From an uncultured Nitrososphaeria archaeon (GTDB taxonomy: Archaea; Thermoproteota; Nitrososphaeria; Geothermarchaeales; JDFR-13), in assembly GCA_964437705.1 (NCBI GenBank), contig CAYTHX010000008.1, forward strand, positions 7,590-71,589: 64,000 bases of DNA. The letters run 5' to 3'. How positions within the stretch are numbered: the stretch's first letter is position 1; every line of letters begins with the position of its first letter. A model generated the notes under the pieces. It had not been told where the DNA came from, did no database searches, and was given only the letters and a program-made list of their open reading frames with translations. Positions 40,594 through 49,406 of this stretch are shown piece after piece. The position numbers and the translations under genes were made by a program.

Positions 40594-41436
40594 TCAGTAT
40601 TCAATATGATAAACTTCAGATATTCTATCAATAAAAATCTTGTCTAGATCATCTTGAGATATCTTACCGGCATCAATAAGTTTCTCTATTTCATTAGGTA
40701 TATTCCATGGATACATACAGACTCCTGGTCGATTTAAGTCATCAAGATAGTCACTTTCAATCATAATGTTATGTATTATTCCTCCTAGCCTATTGAGCAT
40801 GTTAGCATAACCAAGTACAGTTACTCGTAAACCGTTAGAAATAGATGCTGTAGCAACATTAAGATCTGCATGGTGTATAATTATATTGTCCCTCTTAATA
40901 TTTATTCTACGGACTTTCTCAAGTATATTTTCTACGGTAATTATACTACCTTGCTCTAAGTGAAGATGAACAATACAGTCTAAATCTCTGGATATTTCTA
41001 AGGCCCTATCTAAAATATAGTCTGACAGTAAAAGATTGACGGGGTTAACACGATAGTGTTGTCGACCAACCTCACCTATACCTATTAGCTCTCCACCCCT
41101 AACCTTATCAGCCACATACCTTAAACATCGTAAGAGAAATTCCCGTGCTTTATCAATATCACTATACTTAGAGAGTACTTGATCAACCATACCAGGATGT
41201 ATCCCAGCTAGGCAAACAGTTTTCACGCCACTTTCAGCAGCTGCTTTGCTTTCTTTAATTATTAAATTAACCATTTTCTGAAATCCTTCGAATGTCAATG
41301 GTAAATTATAGTGCTGAGGTGTTAGGGAAACTATAGCTAGAAACCAACCATTATTTAACCTAACTCTCTTAGCAATCTCCCTAGCACCTAACCCTCTAAC
41401 TGGATTTGTATGTAAATGTGCATCACTAAAAATCAT
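40594..41436 (-). CDS. TatD-family hydrolase
   Basis: DAHLH, GIHP, GIGEVGR, LHLE, ESD. Confidence 0.88.
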   Translation of the reverse strand: MIFSDAHLHTNPVRGLGAREIAKRVRLNNGWFLAIVSLTPQHYNLPLTFEGFQKMVNLIIKESKAAAESGVKTVCLAGIHPGMVDQVLSKYSDIDKAREFLLRCLRYVADKVRGGELIGIGEVGRQHYRVNPVNLLLSDYILDRALEISRDLDCIVHLHLEQGSIITVENILEKVRRINIKRDNIIIHHADLNVATASISNGLRVTVLGYANMLNRLGGIIHNIMIESDYLDDLNRPGVCMYPWNIPNEIEKLIDAGKISQDDLDKIFIDRISEVYHIEY

Positions 41437-41472
41437 CTTTAAGAATCAAAATAACTTTCTAACCATATATCT

Positions 41473-42705
41473 TTATCTCACTACCTCAGTATTTTCGATG
41501 AGTTGTCTAAAGCTTTGTCTCTTCCTAATAATAATCACCTTACCGCTTTTTCTAACTAGGATCTCCGCTGGTAATAATCTAGAGTTATAATTCGACGCCA
41601 TCGAGTAGCAGTATGCACCTGTATTCATTACCGCGAGTATATCTCCCTCTGAAACTCTAGGAAGCATCCTATTAGAACCTATTACATCACTACTCTCACA
41701 TAAATTTCCAACTACATCTGCTACGATAGACGGCTTCTCATCTACCCTATTCGCTACAACTATCTTGTGATACGCATTATATAAAGCTGGTCTTATTATA
41801 TGATTTATCCCCGTATCAGTCCCAACTATATACCTTTCTCTATCAACTCTCCTAATGTCAGTTATCCTAGTTAATAAAACTCCTGATTCAGCCACAAGAT
41901 ATCTGCCAGGTTCTACCAATATCTTGTAGTGGTTGATTCTAAGTTCATCAATCTTACTCTTCAATTTTAACCTAAATTTTTGCCAAGGAAATCTTCTGTC
42001 TTTATCTCTATATGGAACTGCATATCCACCACCTATATTTAACTCCTCTACAGACTCAATATTACTAGCAATCCTAGCTAAAACCTCTAGAGCCTTTAAG
42101 TACGGTTCTACACTTAATATTCCAGAACCTAAATGAATATGTAACCTCTTAATCCTAATTTTATAGCTTTCCGCTATCTTCACAGCTTCATAAACCTCAT
42201 TTATAGGAATTCCAAATTTAGCGCCATACCCACTCGTAACTAAAAACCTATGTTGACCATATCCAAAAAGTGGGTTTACCCTAATTCCAATTTCACCTTT
42301 AAACCCAATTCTACATAACTTCCTTAAAGACGAATGAGAATCCACATCTATATTAACCCCAAAATCAATGGCATACCGAATATCTTCATTTGACAAGTTA
42401 TTACCAGAGAAAATTATATCCACAGGATCTACACCAGAACTTAAAGCTATAAATATCTCACCTGGAGATACAGTACCAATACCCAATCCTCTCTCATAGA
42501 AAATCTTAATTATCGATGGATTACTATTTGCCTTCATCGAGTAATAAATTCTATAAACTAAACCATTGACATTAGATGATATCTCATCTAATCGCTTAAG
42601 CATCGTATCCTCGTCATAAACATAAAGTGGAGTTCCATATCTCTCTACAAGGCTTTTAACATCAATGCCTCCAATACATAAGTATCGTCCATCAGTGGTA
42701 ATCAT
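41473..42705 (-). CDS. lysA: Diaminopimelate decarboxylase-like enzyme
   Basis: YSMKAN, HIHLGS, EPGRYLV, IRPALY, GNLCES, GAY...MASNYN. Confidence 0.88.
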   Translation of the reverse strand: MITTDGRYLCIGGIDVKSLVERYGTPLYVYDEDTMLKRLDEISSNVNGLVYRIYYSMKANSNPSIIKIFYERGLGIGTVSPGEIFIALSSGVDPVDIIFSGNNLSNEDIRYAIDFGVNIDVDSHSSLRKLCRIGFKGEIGIRVNPLFGYGQHRFLVTSGYGAKFGIPINEVYEAVKIAESYKIRIKRLHIHLGSGILSVEPYLKALEVLARIASNIESVEELNIGGGYAVPYRDKDRRFPWQKFRLKLKSKIDELRINHYKILVEPGRYLVAESGVLLTRITDIRRVDRERYIVGTDTGINHIIRPALYNAYHKIVVANRVDEKPSIVADVVGNLCESSDVIGSNRMLPRVSEGDILAVMNTGAYCYSMASNYNSRLLPAEILVRKSGKVIIIRKRQSFRQLIENTEVVR

Positions 42706-42861
42706 TTAATCACCTCCTATAAGTAATGCATACAAGTTACATGATTCTCAAAGCTTAGCTTAGATCTACATAATATATCTTATAATAATGTTTTGATAGA
42801 AAACGTTTATGGAACATGAAGATAGGAAATCTATATATTTGATAGGAATTGTTCTGTATTA

Positions 42862-44148
42862 TTGAAAATGAACTACGAATATCTAGCTCCATGCCCTCCA
42901 TCATTTCCAAACATCATTATAGAGAAGTGTAAAGGAGCAGAGGTATTTGATAAAAGTGGGCGATGCTACCTAGATTTTAGCGGTGCCGCTCTTGCTATTG
43001 GTCATTGTCATCCAATGGTTGTTAAAGCTGTTTCCTCTGAAATTGGAAAGGTAACTGGGTTTACAGGATTAGTAGCATATACAACTAAGTATTTAGAGCT
43101 AGCACGTAAGCTTAAGGATATAGTTCCAATTAGAGATGCAAAGGTAGCATATGCGACGACTGGTAGTGAAGCTTGTGATTTTGCTATAAATCTAGCTAGA
43201 TGGTATACTAAAAGACCAGTTATCGTATCTTTTCATGGCGCTTATCATGGTCTCACAGGCTTCTCTCTATCATCATCACCAATGCATGGCTACAGAAAGG
43301 TATTTCCAATAAGAATTGAAAATGTATACTCACCATATCCATACTGTTACAGATGTCCATTTAAGCAAAGTAGGGATAGCTGTAATATTGAGTGTCTAAG
43401 CTATCTAGAGGATGACGTCTTAAGGTATCAAGTGGAGCCTGAGGATGTGGCTGCCATTATTATTGAGCCACTACAATCTCATGGAGGAATATTAGTTCCA
43501 CGAAAAGAATTTATGTTAGGAGTTAGAAAGATTGCGGATAATATTGGTGCACTACTAATAGTAGATGAGGTATATACTGGATTTGGACGAACTGGGAAGT
43601 GGTTTGGTGTTCAGCATTACAATATAGAGCCGGATGTTATATGCTTGGGGAAGGGATTGGGTGGCGGCTTTCCAATCGCAGCTATTGTTGCTAAAGGGAA
43701 AATTATGGAAAACTGGACGTTATGTTCTGGTGGAAGCTTAGGGACTTTTGCCGGGCATCATATTTCTGCGACAGCTGCACTAGCAACGATAGATGCTATC
43801 GAAAAGGAGAAGCTTGTGGATAATGCCATGTATATGGGCCAAAAGCTGATAAATGGATTAATGGATTTAAAAAGTAGATATAATGTGGTTGGTGATGTAA
43901 GGGGACTAGGGCTGGTACTTGGAGTTGAAATTGTAAAAGCAGATGGTAGTCCAGATAAAAAGGGTGCATTTAAGCTTAAGAGTATTCTTATGAAGAAAGG
44001 GCTTCTCATTATACCAGTAGGAAAATATGATAATGTGCTTAAGGTTACACCACCAATTGTAATAAATGAGGAGCAGGTTGAGAGAACACTAGAAATTTTA
44101 GAAGATAGTTTAAAGGAGTTTACACAACATATTAAACAAGATTTTTAA
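42862..44148 (+). CDS. Class III PLP enzyme (aminotransferase fold; possibly racemase)
   Basis: TGSEA, DEVYTGFGRTG, LGKGLGGG, GTF; atypical YHGLT, EPLQSHGG and LKVTPP. Confidence 0.88.
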   Translation: MKMNYEYLAPCPPSFPNIIIEKCKGAEVFDKSGRCYLDFSGAALAIGHCHPMVVKAVSSEIGKVTGFTGLVAYTTKYLELARKLKDIVPIRDAKVAYATTGSEACDFAINLARWYTKRPVIVSFHGAYHGLTGFSLSSSPMHGYRKVFPIRIENVYSPYPYCYRCPFKQSRDSCNIECLSYLEDDVLRYQVEPEDVAAIIIEPLQSHGGILVPRKEFMLGVRKIADNIGALLIVDEVYTGFGRTGKWFGVQHYNIEPDVICLGKGLGGGFPIAAIVAKGKIMENWTLCSGGSLGTFAGHHISATAALATIDAIEKEKLVDNAMYMGQKLINGLMDLKSRYNVVGDVRGLGLVLGVEIVKADGSPDKKGAFKLKSILMKKGLLIIPVGKYDNVLKVTPPIVINEEQVERTLEILEDSLKEFTQHIKQDF

Positions 44149-44192
44149 TTATATGTTGCTAAATTGAGTTCTATAATTAATGATTTGTGTGA

Positions 44193-45314
44193 GTGAATAT
44201 GAAGGTCACAGATATTAAGGTTTATCCTCAGGAAATACCGCTGGTAGAGCCATTTAAAATTGCGTTTGCAGAGGTTAATGAAGCTCATACAATAATAGTT
44301 GAAGTTTTAACCGATGAGGGTATTAGTGGAATTGGAGAAGCTGCACCTACATCCAAAATTACTGGGGAGACGTTTAGTCAAGCAATAGAAAATCTAAAGT
44401 ATATTCGTGAGTGGCTAATTGGTAAGGATCCATTGTATGTTGGTAAAATTGAGGATGAGCTAAACAGTATGTTACTTGGAAACTCTAGTATTAAGGCAGC
44501 TATAAGCATGGCATTATATGATATTCTCGGCAAAGTTTCTAATAAGCCAGTTTATAAACTACTTGGTGCCTATAGAGATCATTTCGAAACTGACATTACA
44601 ATTGGAATAAAAAGCGTCGAAGACACTGTGAAGAACGCATTAAAACACGTTGAAGCTGGATTTAAGGTATTAAAGATAAAGGTTGGAATTAATGAGGAGG
44701 AAGATATTGAGAGAATTAAGAAGTTAAGAGATGCTATAGGATATGACGTAAGGATCCGGCTAGATGCAAATCAAGCTTGGTCTGCAAATCAAGCTGTCTC
44801 CATAATGCGTAAAATAGAAAGATATGAAATTGAGCTACTTGAACAGCCTACCCCATACTGGGATATTAACGGCTTACGATATATTAAGGAAAGAATCGAA
44901 GTACCAGTTATAGCTGATGAATCTGTGCATACCGCTAGAGATGCAATTAGGTTAATAAAGGAATCTGCTGTCGATGGAGTTAATATAAAGCTTATGAAGT
45001 GCGGAGGAATAGGAGAAGCAATAAAGATTGCTAGGGTTGTCGAGGCTGAGGGATTAAAATGTATGATTGGATGTATGGAGGAAACTAGGATAGCATTAAC
45101 TGCTGCAGCACATGTAGTAGGTGCGTCTAAAAACATCGTCTACATAGATTTAGATGGGAATCTTAACATGGTTGACGAACCTGCATCTGGAGGTATGGAG
45201 CTAAAAAATGGCATTATTCATCTTCCATCTAAAAGTGGTCTAGGGGTAGAGCTAGATAGAGAGAAACTTGTGAAGTATAAGTTTAGTGGCGATTACAAGA
45301 AGATACAGCTATAA
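44193..45314 (+). CDS. Dipeptide epimerase (enolase superfamily, AEE-like)
   Basis: KIKVG, DANQ, EQP, DES, NIKLMK, GCM and the DLD epimerase signature. Confidence 0.9.
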   Translation: MNMKVTDIKVYPQEIPLVEPFKIAFAEVNEAHTIIVEVLTDEGISGIGEAAPTSKITGETFSQAIENLKYIREWLIGKDPLYVGKIEDELNSMLLGNSSIKAAISMALYDILGKVSNKPVYKLLGAYRDHFETDITIGIKSVEDTVKNALKHVEAGFKVLKIKVGINEEEDIERIKKLRDAIGYDVRIRLDANQAWSANQAVSIMRKIERYEIELLEQPTPYWDINGLRYIKERIEVPVIADESVHTARDAIRLIKESAVDGVNIKLMKCGGIGEAIKIARVVEAEGLKCMIGCMEETRIALTAAAHVVGASKNIVYIDLDGNLNMVDEPASGGMELKNGIIHLPSKSGLGVELDREKLVKYKFSGDYKKIQL

Positions 45315-45464
45315 AAATACAATTCCAAGTAAAATAGCAAGTATAAGCATAATAACTGCTATCACTATAACTGGTAATAATTGTGTCTCTAGCAGTGCAA
45401 TTACAAATGCAATATAATCTTTAAGCGTTAGTTTAACTTCCTTCTCTTTTTCTCTATTATTCAA
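45309..45464 (-). CDS. Small membrane protein ending the peptide ABC operon
   Basis: GGTGA SD before TTG at 45464; long hydrophobic C-terminal half. Confidence 0.6.
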   Translation of the reverse strand: MNNREKEKEVKLTLKDYIAFVIALLETQLLPVIVIAVIMLILAILLGIVFL

Positions 45465-45505
45465 GATTTTCACCAACATAGGTATGAACGGACTATTAAT
45501 AATAG

Positions 45506-46510
45506 TTACTTCTTTTCGTATAGCCAGCAAGCTACCTCATGTAAGTTACCAACATTAATAAGATGCGGTACTTTTCTCTTACAAATATCCATCGCATACG
45601 GACATCTTGGGTGGAAATGACATCCAGGAGGTGGATTTAGTGGGCTTGGAATCTCACCCATTGGAATCATTCTTTTCCTGCTTTTAGCAATCTTAGGGTC
45701 AGGAACCGGAACTGACGAAAGTAGCATCTTTGTATATGGATGTAATGGGTTATTAAGTAACTCCCTCTTATCTGCGATCTCTATAATCCTACCCAGATAC
45801 ATTACACCTATTCTATCACTCATATAATCTACTACAGCAATATCATGTGTTATCAATAAATATGTTAAACCAAACTTTTTCTTCAGCGAATTTAACAAGT
45901 TTAAAATCCTTGCTTGTACAGATACATCTAGAGAAGATGTTGGTTCATCAAGCACTATAAAACTTGGATTAAGTATAAGTGCCCTAGCAATAGCTATTCT
46001 TTGACGTTGTCCGCCACTAAACTCATGTGGATATTTATAAATATCCTTAGGGTCTAATCCAACCTTAACAAGAATATCCTTAACATAATTCTCTACCTCA
46101 TTTTTCTTACAAATATTATGGACTATTAATGGTTCACCTACTATATCCTTAACCTTTTTCCTTGGATGTAGAGAGGCATATGGATCTTGAAAAACAATCT
46201 GCATTTTTCTCCTTATACTTCTTAAAGCCTTACCTTTAAGATTGGTAATATCAGTATTTTCAAAATATATTCTACCCGATGTAGGTTCTATTAAACGTAA
46301 AATAGTTCTTCCAAAAGTAGTTTTTCCACTTCCTGATTCTCCAACAAGACCGAATGTTTCTCCTTTTTTGATGCTTAAGGTGACTCTATCCACAGCTTTT
46401 ACATAACCTACTACTTTCGAGAATAACCCTTTAGTAACTGGAAAATACTTTTTCAAATCTTCCGTACGTACTAAATCACTCATACTTCTCCCTCCATAAA
46501 GAGCCAACAA
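45506..46510 (-). CDS. oppF: Oligo/dipeptide ABC ATPase (OppF/DppF-like)
   Basis: GESGSGKTT, FSGGQRQR, HPYT, GCHFHPRC. Confidence 0.93.
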   Translation of the reverse strand: MLALYGGRSMSDLVRTEDLKKYFPVTKGLFSKVVGYVKAVDRVTLSIKKGETFGLVGESGSGKTTFGRTILRLIEPTSGRIYFENTDITNLKGKALRSIRRKMQIVFQDPYASLHPRKKVKDIVGEPLIVHNICKKNEVENYVKDILVKVGLDPKDIYKYPHEFSGGQRQRIAIARALILNPSFIVLDEPTSSLDVSVQARILNLLNSLKKKFGLTYLLITHDIAVVDYMSDRIGVMYLGRIIEIADKRELLNNPLHPYTKMLLSSVPVPDPKIAKSRKRMIPMGEIPSPLNPPPGCHFHPRCPYAMDICKRKVPHLINVGNLHEVACWLYEKK

Positions 46511-47451
46511 GCTACTTCGTGGTTACCATCTATCTTAATCATTGGTGGAGCTTTACTTTTACAAATCTCTATAGTATATGGGCATCTTGGGTGAAAATGA
46601 CATCCAGGTGGCATTTTTAAGAGACTAGGTATCTCTCCTTTCATACTATACAACTCTCCTTCATATCCAGGCTTAGGAATTGACCTTAAAAGTCCAATTG
46701 TATACGGATGCTTTGGTTCTTCAAAAATATCATCTACATATCCAACTTCAACTACATTACCAGCATACATAACAGCTATTCTATCAGCAATCTCTGCTGC
46801 AACAGCTAAGTTATGAGTAATAAATAACACAGAAATTCCGTATTCCCGAACTAATTCCTTAATAAGAGCTAGAATTTGAGCTTGAATAGTTACGTCCAAT
46901 GCTGTAGTTGGTTCATCAGCAATTAAAAGCTTAGGCCTTAAAATTAGAGCCATCGCAATCATAACTCTTTGAGCCATACCACCACTGAGCTCATGAGGAT
47001 AGGAATTCATTATTCGTTTTGGATCTGGTAATCCAACCCTACTCAAAAGTTTTAATGCTATTTCATAAGCTTCATCTCTACTAATCTTTGTATGTGCCAT
47101 TAATGATTCAATAAGTTGATCACCAACTTTCATTACTGGATTGAGAGAGCTTCTTGGTTCTTGAAAAATAATCGAGATCTCCTTACCTCTAACATCAATT
47201 ATTTCGTCATTTGAAAGCTTTAAAAGATCCTTGCCTTCAAAAATAATTTCTCCATCTGTAATTTCAGCAGTGGGATCCAGCAATCTAAGAATCGAAAGAG
47301 CTGTTATCGTCTTACCACTACCACTCTCCCCAACTAATGCTAAAACTTCACCAGGATATATCTTCAGATTCACACCAAATAGCGCATCTAGATCTCCACG
47401 TAGTGTATGGAATCTTAGCCTAAGATTTCTTATTTCTAGAAGAGGTTTCAT
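46480..47451 (-). CDS. oppD: Oligo/dipeptide ABC ATPase (OppD/DppD-like)
   Basis: GESGSGKT, LSGGMAQR, ADEPTTALDVTIQ. Confidence 0.93.
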   Translation of the reverse strand: MKPLLEIRNLRLRFHTLRGDLDALFGVNLKIYPGEVLALVGESGSGKTITALSILRLLDPTAEITDGEIIFEGKDLLKLSNDEIIDVRGKEISIIFQEPRSSLNPVMKVGDQLIESLMAHTKISRDEAYEIALKLLSRVGLPDPKRIMNSYPHELSGGMAQRVMIAMALILRPKLLIADEPTTALDVTIQAQILALIKELVREYGISVLFITHNLAVAAEIADRIAVMYAGNVVEVGYVDDIFEEPKHPYTIGLLRSIPKPGYEGELYSMKGEIPSLLKMPPGCHFHPRCPYTIEICKSKAPPMIKIDGNHEVACWLFMEGEV

Positions 47452-47452
47452 A

Positions 47453-48337
47453 TTATCTCCTCTCCCTCACGTCCAAAATATCTCTTATGCCATCACCTAG
47501 TAGGTTAAATCCAAGTGTAGCGAGTAGTATCATTAATCCTGGAAATGTCGATACCCACCATTGACTACTTATGTAATGTCTACCTTCACTAACCATTAAG
47601 CCCCACTCAGGAGTTGGTGGCTGAACACCTAACCCTAAGAAACCTAGTCCTGCAGCTGTTAATATAGTTCCTCCTAAATCCAGTGTTGCTTGCACTAATG
47701 CTGGTGTAATAACCATTGGAAGAACATGTCTAAACACTATTCTTAAATTACTTGCTCCAACCGCTCTCGCAGCTTCAACATAAATCTCATTTTTAACTTG
47801 TAATGTAGATCCTCTTATTAATCTTGCATATATAGACCACCATACGAATGCCATTGCTAAGATTGTATTAAATAGTCCTGGACCTAGTGCAACAGCTACA
47901 GCCATAGCGAGTATTAATCTTGGGAAAGCCATGAACATATCGGTTACTCTCATTAATACTTCATCAATTTTCCCACCATAATATCCAGCAAATATGCCAA
48001 TTACAATCCCTATAAAGAGGGATATTGAAACTACTACAACACCGATTATTAATGATATTCTAGCTCCCCATACAACCCTACTAAAAATATCTCTACCAAG
48101 TTGATCAGTTCCGAAGAAATGCTCCGAGCTAGGTGGCTGAAGCCTAATATCAATATTCTGCTCTAATGGATCATATGGAGCTATAATGGGCGCGAAAATA
48201 GCTAGCAGCACTAGAAGAAAAACTAGAATTATACCTAAGATTGTGAGTGGGCTTTTCCTAATTAAAGCTACTGTAAACCTAAAATCCTCAGACTCTAAAT
48301 ATTCTTTGACAGCCTTTATAACACTACTCATGATCAA
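47453..48337 (-). CDS. dppC: Peptide ABC permease (DppC-like)
   Basis: FGTDQLGRD, EAARAVGA, PPTPEWG. Confidence 0.92.
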   Translation of the reverse strand: MIMSSVIKAVKEYLESEDFRFTVALIRKSPLTILGIILVFLLVLLAIFAPIIAPYDPLEQNIDIRLQPPSSEHFFGTDQLGRDIFSRVVWGARISLIIGVVVVSISLFIGIVIGIFAGYYGGKIDEVLMRVTDMFMAFPRLILAMAVAVALGPGLFNTILAMAFVWWSIYARLIRGSTLQVKNEIYVEAARAVGASNLRIVFRHVLPMVITPALVQATLDLGGTILTAAGLGFLGLGVQPPTPEWGLMVSEGRHYISSQWWVSTFPGLMILLATLGFNLLGDGIRDILDVRERR

Positions 48338-49351
48338 CTACCCATATCTAATTCTTGGATCTAAAAATGCATATGCGATGTCTACGATGAGGTTTGCTAT
48401 TGAATATATAAGTGCTATTAAGAGTACAGAGCCCATAACAGCCATGAAATCCATATATAAACATGCTTGTGACGAATATCTTCCTAAACCTGGCCAAGCA
48501 AATATAGTCTCCGTTAAAACTGCACCTTCAAGAAGTGAACCATAAGTTAATCCTATCACAGTAACCGTCGGGATTAAAGCATTCCTCAATGCATGTCTAA
48601 ATATAACTATACGTTCCTTTAAACCTTTAGATCTCGCAGTACGAATATAGTCTTTACTCAATACTTCTAGTAGGCTAGCTCTAGTTATTCTTGCTATCGA
48701 AGCTGCCGAGTAAAAGCCCAGGACGAATGAAGGCATTACTAAGTGTAAAAGGGCATTCGTAAATGCATCAAATCTACCAGTTACTAAACTATCTATTAAT
48801 AATAAACCAGTTATTCTCGGCGGAGCCGATATACTAGAATCTAGCCTTCCTGGCCCCGGCAATATACCTAACATATAGTAAAATATGTAGAGTAATACTA
48901 ATCCAAGCCAGAATACAGGCGTAGATACTCCAGATAATGCAAATAATCTAGATATATGGTCAATCATAGTATCCTTCTTAACACCAGAAATTATTCCAAT
49001 AGGAATTCCAATTATTATAGCTATAATTAGTGAGAATGTTGCAAGCTCAATAGTAGCAGGAAAGAACTTCATTAGGTCATATGATACTGGCTTATTAGTC
49101 CTAATACTTTTACCAAGATCCCCCTTAAGAAAGTTAATTATATAGTCAATATACTGTTGATAGAGAGGCTTATCGAGACCCCACTCATGCCTAATCTTTT
49201 CAACTAACTCGGGTGGAGCTTGTGGACCTAAAATAGCTCCAATAGGATCTGCAGGGATCATATGTGAAATTATAAATGTAAGTGTGAGTACTCCCCAAAC
49301 TACAAATATCATTAAAATTATTCTCCTTAGAATGTATGTTTTTAAATCCAT
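48338..49351 (-). CDS. dppB: Peptide ABC permease (DppB-like)
   Basis: GLDKP, GDLG, TARSKGL, ETIFAWPGLG. Confidence 0.92.
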   Translation of the reverse strand: MDLKTYILRRIILMIFVVWGVLTLTFIISHMIPADPIGAILGPQAPPELVEKIRHEWGLDKPLYQQYIDYIINFLKGDLGKSIRTNKPVSYDLMKFFPATIELATFSLIIAIIIGIPIGIISGVKKDTMIDHISRLFALSGVSTPVFWLGLVLLYIFYYMLGILPGPGRLDSSISAPPRITGLLLIDSLVTGRFDAFTNALLHLVMPSFVLGFYSAASIARITRASLLEVLSKDYIRTARSKGLKERIVIFRHALRNALIPTVTVIGLTYGSLLEGAVLTETIFAWPGLGRYSSQACLYMDFMAVMGSVLLIALIYSIANLIVDIAYAFLDPRIRYG

Positions 49352-49406
49352 GTAGTTTCACCTAAAAAATAATGTAAGGAAAAATTGAGATAAAAAATAA
49401 TTAGGT

